The notes: a model not told the origin generated them from the letters alone. Counted from the stretch's first letter, positions 1 to 10,226 are shown. The stretch is 64,000 nucleotides of DNA from Candidatus Kaiserbacteria bacterium (GCA_019634005.1 JAHQWD010000003.1:176539-240538), one strand, 5' to 3'. Numbers and translations are program-made.

Positions 1-246
<246 letters not shown>

Positions 247-248
247 CC

Positions 249-491
249 ATGAAGACACTCCATCTCACCATTTCTAAAGTAGACGGACCAGTCTTTGAAG
301 GCGAGGTGCTTTCGGTGACGGTGCCAGGTACTGAAGGGGAGATGACGCTCCTTCCAGAGCACTCTGCGCTTGTGTCTCTTCTAAAGAAAGGGAACATCGT
401 CGTGCGTCCGATGGAAGGAGATGAGAAAGGGTTCGCAGTAGAGCATGGAACTGTGGAGGTGTCGGGGAACCAAGCGACTATTTTGATCTGA
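249..491 (+). CDS. atpC: ATP synthase F1 epsilon subunit, short form (beta-sandwich only, no C-terminal helical hairpin)
   Basis: 80 aa, starting 2 nt after atpD. The pattern L.L.I...G.VF.GEV..V..PG.EGEM.LL..H is typical of the epsilon N-domain. Confidence 0.8.
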   Translation: MKTLHLTISKVDGPVFEGEVLSVTVPGTEGEMTLLPEHSALVSLLKKGNIVVRPMEGDEKGFAVEHGTVEVSGNQATILI

Positions 492-891
492 ATACAGTAC
501 TTATTTGAGCGGTCTTAAAAGACTTGACAAATATTAGGGAATGCTATATACTTGAAGGGATTGGTTGGGACAAATCTGCCAATCAGTGAGCACGCTCTTG
601 AAGCGGCATTTGAAAAAATTTGTAGAACACATTGTTGGACGGGGGAATTTTTCCAGATTTATCCCTCCAACAGCATTGTGGCCGTATGAATACGGTTCAG
701 AACCTTAGTAAGATGAAGTCTGGATAGGAATATGGAATCTTGTGGAAAACTTGGTCTCAAGTTCACAAAATAATTTCGTCTTCTGAAACATGGGTGAGAC
801 CATGGATTGAACAACAGTGTTCGAAAACACACAGCCATCGCTTTGCATGCATTGCGGTGGCTTTACTTTTATGTGTGATACACTACTGCAT

Positions 892-1347
892 ATGGTAGCA
901 GAAGGACTTCCAGCACCGACATTTAGTCTTAAAGATCAGGATGGAAACACCCATTCTCTTTCGGACTACAAAGGAAAGAAGGTGCTTTTATATTTTTATC
1001 CTAAAGACGATACGCCAGGGTGTACCACTGAGGCGTGCAACTTCCGTGATAGTTATAAAGATTTTCAATCCAAAGGACTGGCTATTCTCGGTGTGAGTGC
1101 AGACTCTGTAGAGAAGCACAAGAAGTTTGCAGAGAAATATAACCTCCCGTTTCCGCTACTTTCTGACGAAGACCACAAGGTATGCGAAGCATACGGTGTA
1201 TGGGGAGAGAAGAATTTTATGGGACGGAAATATATGGGTATCTCACGCTCTAGTTTCCTTATTGATGAAGAGGGAAATATTGGAAAGGTGTATGAAAAGG
1301 TGAAGCCGAAGGAGCATGCGGAGAAGGTGATAGGAGATCTCTCTTAG
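892..1347 (+). CDS. bcp: peroxiredoxin Bcp (AhpC/TSA family thiol peroxidase)
   Basis: The motif YFYPKDDTPGCTTEAC is present. The ORF opens at 817, but the conserved domain begins at Met 892 (MVAEGLPAPTF). A TTGACA-like -35 and TATATA -10 lie near 520-550. Confidence 0.85.
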   Translation: MVAEGLPAPTFSLKDQDGNTHSLSDYKGKKVLLYFYPKDDTPGCTTEACNFRDSYKDFQSKGLAILGVSADSVEKHKKFAEKYNLPFPLLSDEDHKVCEAYGVWGEKNFMGRKYMGISRSSFLIDEEGNIGKVYEKVKPKEHAEKVIGDLS

Positions 1348-2318
1348 TACAACACATTCAAGATATTCTGCACCAATCCCTGTGTCTCATACTTCCCAAC
1401 AGAAAGCCATGTAGGAAGTCCGAGTGAACACAGCCCATCTTCATCTTTCGCAAGTGCCATACCACCAGAGTTTCCTGTATCAATCTTGGCAGATACAAAG
1501 AAGTTATGATAATCCAAAGAGCCCTCAGGCTTTAGAAGTGCGGTATCAAATCCACTAATGATTCCGTTGGACACTGCACGATAGATAGTAGAGATCTCTC
1601 CAACTCTCGGAAGTTCAAGTGTCGTATTCCGCTTTGCATATGACGGGAATCCCATCATCACCACAGGCGTTCCTGCAGGAAGAGTGCTGGGGCATGTACG
1701 AAGGTCTGCAAGGGCATAGTTATACGTCCACGCGGCCAGTGTGGTGTCATTAAGCGGTGCTCCAATAGAAAGCACTGCGGTATCGGTATCCTCATTCACA
1801 TTGTACGTAGACGTGTTTAACTCAAAAACACCGAGAGTATTGTTATTTGCATCGGTGATATGAAGAATACAAAACGCAGCATTTTCAACGACATGATCGT
1901 TAGTTACGACAGCATATGGAATGGAATCAAAGCGCCAAAGTGACCCACTTCCTGATGTAGTTCGTCCTGAAGTGTCGTCACAAAGCACTTGTACAATTCC
2001 CGTAAGGTATGGAGCAAGGTCTGCAGAAGTGATCACAATATCCTTCGGTTGCTGGGATTGTTCATCAAGTACCGCCTGAAGTTCTGAGGCATTCTCCTGT
2101 GTATCAGAGAGTTCTGCCTGAAGCGCAATAGTCTGCGCGTCTACAATACCAAGCGCTTCCAATGTCTCCGCTCTATAGAGTTCCAATTCCTCTTGTAGGG
2201 AGGCAACCTGTGCCTCTTGTCGCTCTGCGATCTCTTTATACGCAAAGATCCCTACGATGATAATCGCAAGGATCAATACAAAGAGAATAGTAATGAGGGT
2301 GTTTGCGTACTTCACCAT
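1344..2318 (-). CDS. membrane-anchored trypsin-like serine protease domain protein (HtrA/DegP-type S1C, no PDZ domain)
   Basis: An N-terminal TM helix and coiled coil are followed by a catalytic triad context: VVTNDHVV (His), DTDTAVLSI (Asp), DTGNSGGMAL (Ser). Confidence 0.55.
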   Translation of the reverse strand: MVKYANTLITILFVLILAIIIVGIFAYKEIAERQEAQVASLQEELELYRAETLEALGIVDAQTIALQAELSDTQENASELQAVLDEQSQQPKDIVITSADLAPYLTGIVQVLCDDTSGRTTSGSGSLWRFDSIPYAVVTNDHVVENAAFCILHITDANNNTLGVFELNTSTYNVNEDTDTAVLSIGAPLNDTTLAAWTYNYALADLRTCPSTLPAGTPVVMMGFPSYAKRNTTLELPRVGEISTIYRAVSNGIISGFDTALLKPEGSLDYHNFFVSAKIDTGNSGGMALAKDEDGLCSLGLPTWLSVGKYETQGLVQNILNVLY

Positions 2319-2334
2319 TAGGGGAAGTATAGCA

Positions 2335-5300
2335 TTAATCTAAGTTACCAGGCTTATTGAGGTAGATGATTGGAATCAATACCAATGTAATGATCACCGA
2401 GAAGGCGAGACCGAAGATGATTGCCCACGCAAGGGGAGACCAGAGGTCTGATACGTATGTCAGTGGAATCATACCGATCACCGTAGTAAGTGTGGTGAGA
2501 AGAATCGGACGAAGACGCGCAACAGCGGCTTCTACGACGTTTGTACGCAGGAGACGTTCTGGATGCTTTCTACGGTTTACGTTCATTTGATCAATCAGAA
2601 GAATGGAGTTATTGACCACAATACCCGAGAGCGCAATGAATCCCATGATAGAAGGGAAGGAGAGTGCCTTTCCAGTGATTGCGAGTCCCACCATAATTCC
2701 AATCAGAGAGAACGGAAGGATAGAAAGGACATAGAAGGTGTGTCGGAAAGAGTTGAACTGCAACACCAATACCGCAAGCATAAGGAGTACACCAACAATG
2801 AGTGCGAGGAACATATCACGGAATGCCTCAGCAGACTCTTCATTTTCTCCGCCAATATCAAGAGTGACGGAATCAGGGATATCTACATTGTCATAGACAC
2901 CATCAAGAAACGCAGAGGTTACCTCAACAAGGTTTCCAGTTGCCGTAAGGTCACTTGAGAGTTCAATAACACGCTCAGTATCATCATGGTTGATGACAGA
3001 ACTCGATTCTCGTACAGATACATCTGCCACCGATCCCACAAGTACTGAAGAGCCATCAGGGAGTGTCAGTGAAAGGTTCTCAAGTGCTTCAATGGTGGTA
3101 ATCGAAGTCTCTCGTGCGGTTGTGTAGTCTCGATTAAGCGCAAGCTTTACTACGATGTCAATGTCGTCAGTTGGTGTCGTGATACTTGTCGCCTCAGTAC
3201 CGTAGAGTGCAGTACGTAGTGTCGTGGCAATCGTATAGGGATTTAATCCAAGTGCCACTGCACGTGCTTTATTCAGGGTAAGCACAAACTCTGTACTGTT
3301 ATTCTGTGTTCCTGTACTTACGTTCGTCGTTCCTGGAATAGTCTTGAGATACTCTGCCGCGGCAAGGGTCGTCTCTGTCAGTTCCTCAAGATCGTCTCCC
3401 TTAAATTTCACCACAATCGGAGAGCCTGTAGGAGGGCCACCGTCAGGTTGCCCTGTACTTGTTTTGGCCTCACCAATATCGGAGAGCATGATACGGAGTT
3501 CCTCTACGATCTCAACACTTGTATGTTCCCGATCTGGGGTGAGGGTAATGAAGAAGTTTGCATACTTCTGTCCGTTTGTTCCACCACTGTTGCTTGCAAA
3601 CGCAGACGATGCACCTACTGTTGTCACGAAGGATTTAATTTCTGGGTGTGTGTAGAGAATTTCCTCCGCACGACGTGCAGAAATATCGGTTACTTCAAGT
3701 GCAGTAGCTTGTGGAAGTTCTAGTTCAGCATAGATCCAGTCAATATCCTCCTGATCAAAGAAGATAGACTTTACAACTCCCGTAATAGGAAGGGCAAGTG
3801 CCAACACAAATCCAATAACCAAGAATGTAACGAACCGAATTTTTTGCTTACGATTCTGTAGGAGTCTATCAATGCGAGTACGGTACCAGTCCTCAAGTTT
3901 ATGAGAGTAATATGCCTGCTTTTGCTCCAACTCTGTCTGGTTGCGACGCTTTAAGAAAAGAGAAGCAAAAAGAGGAATCAACCCCAGTGCCACGAGAAGG
4001 GAAGCAAAGAGCACAAAGTTAATGGTGAATGGAATAGCAGAGATAAACTGTCCAGAGACACCGCCGACAAGGAAAAGTCCCGAGAACATCGCAACGGTGG
4101 TGAGCGTTCCCGCAGTAAGTGGTGTATAGAACTCACGCACTGTTCTCAATGCTGCCTCCTTTTTATCAATGTTTGGATCCTGCTTCATTCGATGGTTAAT
4201 ACCTTCCACGACCACGATCGCAGAGTCCACCAAGATACCGACCGCCAAGATAAGGGCAAAAAGGCTCACAAAGTTGATTGTGTTTCCTGACGCATAGAGC
4301 CCAACGAAACCGATAGTAAAGGAGAGGGGAATTGCAAGACCCGCAAGTACTCCCTCGCGCCACCCAATAGCAAGGATGAGGAGGATAACCACAAGTAAGA
4401 CGGTCTGCATCCCAGACCGAGTCAGGTTCCAAAGGTCTTTTTTAATATCATTCCCAGAATCAAGAATCGTAGAGACAGTGAGTCCATCAAGAATCTCTCC
4501 AGGCTGTGAGAGTTCCGTAAGACGCTCATTCACTGATTCTGTGATTCGTGTAATATCTCCACCCCGAGACTTATACACGGACACAGAGATTGCTTTTTGT
4601 GATGGCTCCCCATTCTCACTGTAGCGAGAGAAGGTGCTTGCTTCTGCATATCCATCTTCGACGTATGCAATATCACGCACATAGACTGGTTGTCCACCAC
4701 GTGAAGCAACAGGAAGTGTTGCAATCTCTGTGGTGTCAGTGATGTCTCCTTCGAAAGCAACATTATAAATGATGCCGTTTGTGGTTACGCTTCCGACAGG
4801 TACGTTTGCATTTGCTGCAGAGATCCCGTTGACCACTTCTCCAAGAGTGAGATCAAATCGATCAAGTGCAGGCTGGTCGATAATCAAAGTCACTTCTCGA
4901 TTTCGTACACCAGCAAAGGTCACTCGGGAGACTGACGGTGTTCGTTCAAGTTGTGTCTCCAATTTATCACTGAGCGTAGAGAACTCTCCATCAGTAAGAT
5001 CGCCCGCAACCGCAATGGTCATAATCGGCTGGTCAACAAAGTTCACCTCAGAAACACGAGGGTCTTCGGCTTCAGAAGGGAGGTCAGGCAGAACAATATC
5101 AACCTTATCCTTTAGATCCTGAATCGAATCATCGATGTCTGCATCAGCCTCAAACTCTACAACGATACTCGAGACACCTTCTCGTGAACTTGAAGTAATT
5201 TTTGAGACATTCTCAAGATCCCCAGAGAGTCCCTGCTCAATTTTGTTCGTAATTAGCGACTCAATGTCTGCAGCCGCTGCACCAGGAAGGACAGTCGTTA

Positions 5301-5442
5301 CGACACCAACAGGTACCTGCACTTCTGGGGCAGATTCCTTGGAGATAGATGAGATAGAGAAAATCCCCGCTGCCGCAAGCGAGATGAGAAGCAGGAAACT
5401 GAACCTATTTTGTGTAATGAAGAATTTCCAGAAAGAATACAT
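2335..5442 (-). CDS. RND-superfamily efflux transporter permease (AcrB/AcrD/AcrF-like)
   Basis: 1035 aa with a 12-TM architecture, two large extracytoplasmic loops, and conserved RND TM4/TM10 regions. Confidence 0.9.
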   Translation of the reverse strand: MYSFWKFFITQNRFSFLLLISLAAAGIFSISSISKESAPEVQVPVGVVTTVLPGAAAADIESLITNKIEQGLSGDLENVSKITSSSREGVSSIVVEFEADADIDDSIQDLKDKVDIVLPDLPSEAEDPRVSEVNFVDQPIMTIAVAGDLTDGEFSTLSDKLETQLERTPSVSRVTFAGVRNREVTLIIDQPALDRFDLTLGEVVNGISAANANVPVGSVTTNGIIYNVAFEGDITDTTEIATLPVASRGGQPVYVRDIAYVEDGYAEASTFSRYSENGEPSQKAISVSVYKSRGGDITRITESVNERLTELSQPGEILDGLTVSTILDSGNDIKKDLWNLTRSGMQTVLLVVILLILAIGWREGVLAGLAIPLSFTIGFVGLYASGNTINFVSLFALILAVGILVDSAIVVVEGINHRMKQDPNIDKKEAALRTVREFYTPLTAGTLTTVAMFSGLFLVGGVSGQFISAIPFTINFVLFASLLVALGLIPLFASLFLKRRNQTELEQKQAYYSHKLEDWYRTRIDRLLQNRKQKIRFVTFLVIGFVLALALPITGVVKSIFFDQEDIDWIYAELELPQATALEVTDISARRAEEILYTHPEIKSFVTTVGASSAFASNSGGTNGQKYANFFITLTPDREHTSVEIVEELRIMLSDIGEAKTSTGQPDGGPPTGSPIVVKFKGDDLEELTETTLAAAEYLKTIPGTTNVSTGTQNNSTEFVLTLNKARAVALGLNPYTIATTLRTALYGTEATSITTPTDDIDIVVKLALNRDYTTARETSITTIEALENLSLTLPDGSSVLVGSVADVSVRESSSVINHDDTERVIELSSDLTATGNLVEVTSAFLDGVYDNVDIPDSVTLDIGGENEESAEAFRDMFLALIVGVLLMLAVLVLQFNSFRHTFYVLSILPFSLIGIMVGLAITGKALSFPSIMGFIALSGIVVNNSILLIDQMNVNRRKHPERLLRTNVVEAAVARLRPILLTTLTTVIGMIPLTYVSDLWSPLAWAIIFGLAFSVIITLVLIPIIYLNKPGNLD

Positions 5443-5448
5443 AGATAA

Positions 5449-6939
5449 CTACTCAGTTATACGGACACGCTGTCCGTCTGCTAACCCACGTGCATCAAGT
5501 ACGATGTTCCAATCTGGATTGATACCAGAGACAATCTCTACAGTATCGCTCTGTATATCACCAAGTTCTACTTCGTGTGCAACGAGCCTTTCATCTTCAA
5601 TGGTGAAGACATATGCCGTTGTCGTGGTGAGTTTAATTGCAGGAAGGGGTACACGAAGGACATCAAGTGGTTCACTCTCAGATATCTCAATCTCTGGATT
5701 GATAGAAAGTGACACAGAATCTCCGTTGGTCAGTTCTTCGCTCTCGATCTGAATCTGCACCTCGACTTTTCCTGTTGCTGGGTCAATGGCTGGGGCAACA
5801 CGGGAAACCGAACCTTCAAGATCCTTGTTAATAACAACGGGAGTGCCTACCGCAACACGGTCGCGCTCGTTTGCATTGATGTACGCGGTAATCTTCAGCG
5901 CATTGTTGTTTGCTATGTCTGCAATGGAATCAAAGGTATTCACAAAGTCACCCGCCTGCACTGCGACTCTATTCACCGTCCCCGCGATAGGTGTAGTGAT
6001 AACCGTCTTGTTGTATGCAGCCTGTGCTGCCTTAAGTCTTCCCAATGCCTGCTTCACGGCCGCATCGTTTGATGAAGTACCACTTTCTGATACCGCAATA
6101 TCATTGAGTGCAGTATCAATGTCCTGAATTGCTCCAGCAAGAGCATTACGCGCAGAGAGGAAAGCTGCCTCAGTTGTATCCTTTGTAGTCTGCGTGAAAG
6201 AACTGGTGACATCTTGACGAGAGACGATATATGCAATCTCTTCTACAAAGTTTGCGATACGTACTGTGTCGGTGCGCAATCCTTGCAGCTCTTGACCCAC
6301 GTTTGCTGCGGTAACGGTATTCTGTACTCCTGCAAGTGTGTCGAGAATATTCTCGATTGCGACACGCTCCTGTCCTAATTCTGGTGCACGGCCTAATCCG
6401 TCAAGGCGAAAGCCAGGGTACTGGGTGGTTGGACGGCTGAACTGGTCATCTACCGTATTACGCACGATAGAGTCGAGCGTAATATATACATCTTTGTACG
6501 TACTCACGGCATCAATAGTTGTTCCTGTGTTTGAGGCAAGCGCAGCCTCATAAGACCCCTCTGCTTGGAGAAGGGCGGCGTACTCGTCTGCATTTTCGAT
6601 CTGCGCGATTGTTTGCCCCGCACGCACCGTATCACCAATTGCTACTGACACTGAAGTGATTCGTCCTGAGGTCTCTGCCTCAAGTCGCGCCTCATCCACA
6701 GACTCTACAGTACCAATGAGTGCAATATTTCCTTCACGAGCAAGTTCGTTGACCGCTTTCAGTGAGACTTGCGGGAACTCGTTCTTTAGTTCGTTTATTT
6801 CCTCTACAGGTTCTCCGCCTGAAAAAGCGACAAAGAGAAGAATGATAACAACGATGGCGATGATAAGAGATCGCTTTTTGTGTGTACCTACAGTGTTCTT
6901 TATTCGAGTAATCATAATATTATGTGTTAATACCGTCAC
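5449..6939 (-). CDS. efflux-pump periplasmic adaptor (HlyD/membrane-fusion protein family)
   Basis: An N-terminal TM anchor is followed by a lipoyl-like motif (VESVDEARL...SGRITSV.VAIGDTVRAGQTIAQIE) and a long alpha-helical hairpin. It sits directly upstream of the RND pump. The ORF begins with GTG; the first ATG is at 6915. Confidence 0.8.
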   Translation of the reverse strand: MTVLTHNIMITRIKNTVGTHKKRSLIIAIVVIILLFVAFSGGEPVEEINELKNEFPQVSLKAVNELAREGNIALIGTVESVDEARLEAETSGRITSVSVAIGDTVRAGQTIAQIENADEYAALLQAEGSYEAALASNTGTTIDAVSTYKDVYITLDSIVRNTVDDQFSRPTTQYPGFRLDGLGRAPELGQERVAIENILDTLAGVQNTVTAANVGQELQGLRTDTVRIANFVEEIAYIVSRQDVTSSFTQTTKDTTEAAFLSARNALAGAIQDIDTALNDIAVSESGTSSNDAAVKQALGRLKAAQAAYNKTVITTPIAGTVNRVAVQAGDFVNTFDSIADIANNNALKITAYINANERDRVAVGTPVVINKDLEGSVSRVAPAIDPATGKVEVQIQIESEELTNGDSVSLSINPEIEISESEPLDVLRVPLPAIKLTTTTAYVFTIEDERLVAHEVELGDIQSDTVEIVSGINPDWNIVLDARGLADGQRVRITE

Positions 6940-7351
6940 TTATTTTCTTATGTAATGTTGCGAGCGTCTTCAACTCACTGTCGGACAATGGCGCAAAGGT
7001 TTTTGCCATATTCGTAGCCATTATACGTTCCATCTCTCCAAATTGTTCCTGACAATGTGGAGAGAGATGAAGATGGAAGAGGCGTTTATCTTGTTCATCA
7101 ACAACACGCTTCACCAGCCCTGCTTGTTCCAAGTTTTTAATCATTTGACTCACAGCACTCACCGTCACATCCAGCCGGTCCGCTAGTTCCTTTGTGCTAA
7201 TACCATCCTCGTCAAATATGGTATGTATCACCACCCACTCGGCAGGGGAAGAGATCGGAAGATCTTTTGGCAGTTGAGACAGACAACTAGAGACCTGCTT
7301 CTTTGTCTTTCGGATACTTTCAATAATAGACTTTATATATTCATCGCGCAT
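6920..7351 (-). CDS. MarR-family transcriptional regulator
   Basis: 143 aa with a winged helix (TKELADRLDVTVSAVSQMIKNLEQAGLVKR). It is the first gene of the marR, adaptor, RND pump operon. Confidence 0.75.
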   Translation of the reverse strand: MRDEYIKSIIESIRKTKKQVSSCLSQLPKDLPISSPAEWVVIHTIFDEDGISTKELADRLDVTVSAVSQMIKNLEQAGLVKRVVDEQDKRLFHLHLSPHCQEQFGEMERIMATNMAKTFAPLSDSELKTLATLHKKISDGINT

Positions 7352-7442
7352 ATGGTTAAGTAGATTATATAAGTAACTTAACTAATTGGGGGGCTTTGTC
7401 AATGTGTGTTGTGTACAGCGTCTGTGGTATCATAGCGCACAT

Positions 7443-7730
7443 ATGTTTGGAAAGATAAAAAGTTTTGCAACACGTAAGTTGCTTGAAAAGCAGATGAAAG
7501 ATGCTCCAAAAGAGCAACAAGAGATGGTAATGAAGATGTTCGAGCAGGATCCAGAACTGCTTGAGACCATCTCTAAAGAGATTGAAGCAGAGACCAAGAA
7601 AGGGCTCTCCCAGATGCAGGCTTCGATGAAAGTGATGCCAAAATATCAGGCACGTCTACAGAAACTTATGGGAGGACAGATGGGGCGTACTCCACAGGGG
7701 TTTAACCCGAATGGGACAATACGGAAATAG
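7443..7730 (+). CDS. hypothetical small helical protein
   Basis: 95 aa from the internal Met. K/E/Q-rich and not recognised as any family. Confidence 0.3.
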   Translation: MFGKIKSFATRKLLEKQMKDAPKEQQEMVMKMFEQDPELLETISKEIEAETKKGLSQMQASMKVMPKYQARLQKLMGGQMGRTPQGFNPNGTIRK

Positions 7731-7940
7731 TGTGGTACGGTAAAGTCTGTTGTCAACAAAAGGAGAGAAAGATGGAATCCATCTTCGCAATCGCTGGCTA
7801 GTCATCCGAAGCATATGAAGACGTCAGGGCAGCGGCCCGGCCAGAGAGATCTCTGAGCGATATTGTTCCTTCAGGGATTTCCACCCTTCCTTTCAACCCG
7901 GCCTCGCCTTGTGCGAGGCCTCTGTTATACTAGAGAACAT

Positions 7941-8522
7941 ATGGAAACAAAAAAGATACTTGTATTGCTTGGAAATGAAGATAAGGAGACATACACTGGT
8001 TCACTTGCAGATCTGTATGAACAGTCTGCGCGTGAGGCGGGACATGAGGTAAAACGTTTTAATATCGGAGACATGCAGTTTGATCCAATCCTGCATAAAG
8101 GATACAAAGTGATCCAAGAATTGGAACCAGACCTTCTTGCACTCCAAGAAGCATGGAAATGGGCTGACCACACACTCATTGTGTATCCAAACTGGTGGAA
8201 TACTATGCCTGCAATCCTTAAGGGACTCTTTGACCGTTTCTGGCTCCCAGGATTTGCATTTAACTTTGAAAAACCAAGCGGGAAACTTATTCAACACCTT
8301 AAAGGAAAGACCGCACGCGTGATCATTGTTGCGGGAACACATAGTCCATTCCAGACATGGTGGAAGTATGGAGACTATACCAATGAGATTAAGGAGGGAA
8401 TCTTAGAGTTTGCAGGGATCAAGACAAAGGTAACTGCGTTTGGACCACATCACTTTATGGATGAGAAGGCACATGCGAAGTGGGAAGATAAGGTGCGAAA
8501 GTTTGGAACAAAGGGAATCTAG
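7941..8522 (+). CDS. flavodoxin-fold NAD(P)H-dependent oxidoreductase (NAD(P)H dehydrogenase (quinone)-like)
   Basis: METKKILVLLGNEDKETYTGSLADLYEQSAREAGHEV...FDPIL resembles the Flavodoxin_2 / MdaB-KefF family. The domain starts at Met 7941 within the ORF that opens at 7863. Confidence 0.75.
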   Translation: METKKILVLLGNEDKETYTGSLADLYEQSAREAGHEVKRFNIGDMQFDPILHKGYKVIQELEPDLLALQEAWKWADHTLIVYPNWWNTMPAILKGLFDRFWLPGFAFNFEKPSGKLIQHLKGKTARVIIVAGTHSPFQTWWKYGDYTNEIKEGILEFAGIKTKVTAFGPHHFMDEKAHAKWEDKVRKFGTKGI

Positions 8523-8550
8523 TTGACTCCTCGCTTGAAAAGAGTATAAA
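8523..8550 (+). promoter_or_regulatory. sigma70-type promoter TTGACT-N16-TATAAA
   Basis: Read directly from the sequence, immediately after the stop of the preceding gene. Confidence 0.4.
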
Positions 8551-8557
8551 GAAGACA

Positions 8558-9094
8558 AAGTTCCTTGTGATAGAAGAAAGGATGGACGGATGGAACTTCA
8601 CTCACTGGACGATACAGACACACGAGGATTACTCCTTAGCAAGAGAGTGAGTCTCACAAGCGATCTCACATGTTTCGTTGAGGACTACAAGGGGAAGTTT
8701 GAAGGTCGTAGCCACCTCATACGGTTGGTGCCTGTCCCTCAGGATTCCGTGCAAGAGTTCAAACAAGGTTTCCCCCAAGACACACACAATCGTGATAATT
8801 TTTTGCCTCTGCACCGTCTTGTCTGCAATGTTGCCTTTATCGCACAGATTCATTTCAGTCGCGAACGGCACCCGCTTCTGAATGATAAAGATTCCGCCTT
8901 CGTCTTTCCTTTCAGGAATGGCGAGCAATCTTTCAAAGCTATTAAGGTGCGGACATACTATGTTTCTGGTGGCAGGAAGAAGTGTCGCGTAGAATCAAGT
9001 CCGTTTCCTTACGGACTTAACGGCGGAGAGCGGATGGTGGAGATTGTACGTTGAGGATAGAAGCAAGATCCCGCGCAGTGGCGCGGGATCTTTT
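8558..9094 (+). ncRNA. candidate structured RNA of unknown class (alternative reading: orphan 154-aa ORF 8590-9054)
   Basis: A promoter lies upstream and a strong intrinsic terminator downstream. Both strands carry long overlapping ORFs, and the 154-aa product resembles no family. An internal hairpin is aagtccgtttccttacggactt. It could not be matched to RNase P, tmRNA or SRP consensus. Confidence 0.3.
9067..9094 (+). terminator. intrinsic terminator (gatcccgcgc-agtg-gcgcgggatc + TTTT)
   Basis: A perfect 10-bp GC-rich stem followed by a U-run. Confidence 0.7.
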
Positions 9095-9116
9095 CGTGTG
9101 CTACGCTACTTCGCAT

Positions 9117-10217
9117 ATGTCACTCAGTGTAGGAATCGTAGGGCTCCCGAACGTTGGAAAATCAACGCTTTTTAACGCACTCACCAAAAACACCGTTCCA
9201 ATGGAGAACTATCCCTTCTGTACCATTGATCCAACAGTAGGTGTGGTGCCTGTACCTGATAAAAAACTAGAGACACTCAACAAACTCTCTGGAAGTGAAA
9301 AAATGGTGCCTGCCATCGTAGAGTTCGTGGATATTGCAGGACTGGTGCGCGGTGCATCTGCGGGAGAGGGGCTTGGGAATAAGTTTCTCGCAAATATTCG
9401 AGAGGTGGACATGATTGCGGAAGTGGTGCGTATCTTTGAAGATGAAGGAGTGCATCATGTCTCTGGCGCAGTGGATCCGATGAGCGATATCGAGGTTATT
9501 AACCTAGAACTTATCATGGCGGATCAGGAGACGGTTGCAAAACGTATCTCAAATCTAGAGCGTGACGTAAAGCGAGGAGACAAAGAAGCGGTTGTAGAGA
9601 GTGAGGTGCTCACAAAAGTTCTTGCCACCCTTGAATCTGGAAAACTTGCAGGCGCAACCGAACTTACCAAAGAAGAACTGCTTCTCGCAAAAGGACTCCA
9701 TCTCCTCACGATGAAGAGGATTCTCTATGTGTTTAACCGCAAGAACGGAGCATTTAACCTTGACGAGCAGAATGACGAGCGGTGGCAAGAGCTTATGAGC
9801 TTCATAGAAGATAATAATGCAGAGTATGTCGTAGTGGATGCGGGGATAGAGCACGAGCTGAAGGACCTTGCCGAAGAGGAAAAGACGGACTTCCGACGAG
9901 AATACGGAACATTGGACTCTGGAATCGATTCACTCATCACTGCGTGCTACAGACTTCTTGGCTTAATGTCCTTCTATACAACAGGAGAGAAAGAAACACG
10001 TGCATGGACAGTGAAACAAGGTTCAACCGCTCCAGAAGCAGGTGCTGCGATCCATACGGACTTCAAAGATAAGTTTATCCGTGCCCAAGTCGTGTCATTT
10101 GAAGATTTTGTAGGAGTGGAGAGTATGGCGAAAGCACGGGAGACGGGGAAGTTACGCACGGAAGGAAAAGAGTATGTGGTGAAAGACAATGATATAATTG
10201 AGTTCATGCACAGCTAA
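9117..10217 (+). CDS. ychF: ribosome-binding ATPase YchF (Obg-family GTPase)
   Basis: The G1 motif GIVGLPNVGKST is present, with a C-terminal TGS domain. The start is at Met 9117 within the ORF from 9051. Confidence 0.9.
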   Translation: MSLSVGIVGLPNVGKSTLFNALTKNTVPMENYPFCTIDPTVGVVPVPDKKLETLNKLSGSEKMVPAIVEFVDIAGLVRGASAGEGLGNKFLANIREVDMIAEVVRIFEDEGVHHVSGAVDPMSDIEVINLELIMADQETVAKRISNLERDVKRGDKEAVVESEVLTKVLATLESGKLAGATELTKEELLLAKGLHLLTMKRILYVFNRKNGAFNLDEQNDERWQELMSFIEDNNAEYVVVDAGIEHELKDLAEEEKTDFRREYGTLDSGIDSLITACYRLLGLMSFYTTGEKETRAWTVKQGSTAPEAGAAIHTDFKDKFIRAQVVSFEDFVGVESMAKARETGKLRTEGKEYVVKDNDIIEFMHS

Positions 10218-10226
10218 TCTTTTTCT

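Noticed and set aside
2366-5122. Numerous 60-130-aa ORFs on the + strand inside the RND pump and adaptor genes (e.g. 2366-2590, 2563-2958, 3344-3655, 4769-5122, 5135-5752)
   Set aside because: They are shadow ORFs antisense to, or out of frame with, long conserved genes. They have no SD and no recognisable products.
7898-7920. Hairpin ggcctcgc-cttgt-gcgaggcc 20 nt upstream of the flavodoxin-like gene
   Set aside because: It could be a regulatory stem or a weak terminator for the upstream small gene. There is no T-run and no recognisable riboswitch motif, so the evidence is too weak to call.
8590-9054. 154-aa + strand ORF with a weak SD filling the promoter-to-terminator interval
   Set aside because: It is not rejected outright. 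Its composition is unlike the neighbouring proteins, no domain is recognisable, and a 99-aa antisense ORF overlaps it. I therefore prefer the ncRNA interpretation while flagging the coding alternative.
8558-9094. Possibility that the candidate RNA is RNase P RNA or tmRNA
   Set aside because: I could not find the P4 strands (GGAAAGUCCGG / ACAGAANCCGGCUUA) or the GGUGCGGUAAGAGCGCACC module. I also found no tRNA-like T-arm or tag-peptide ORF ending in ..LAA on either strand. The class is left unknown.
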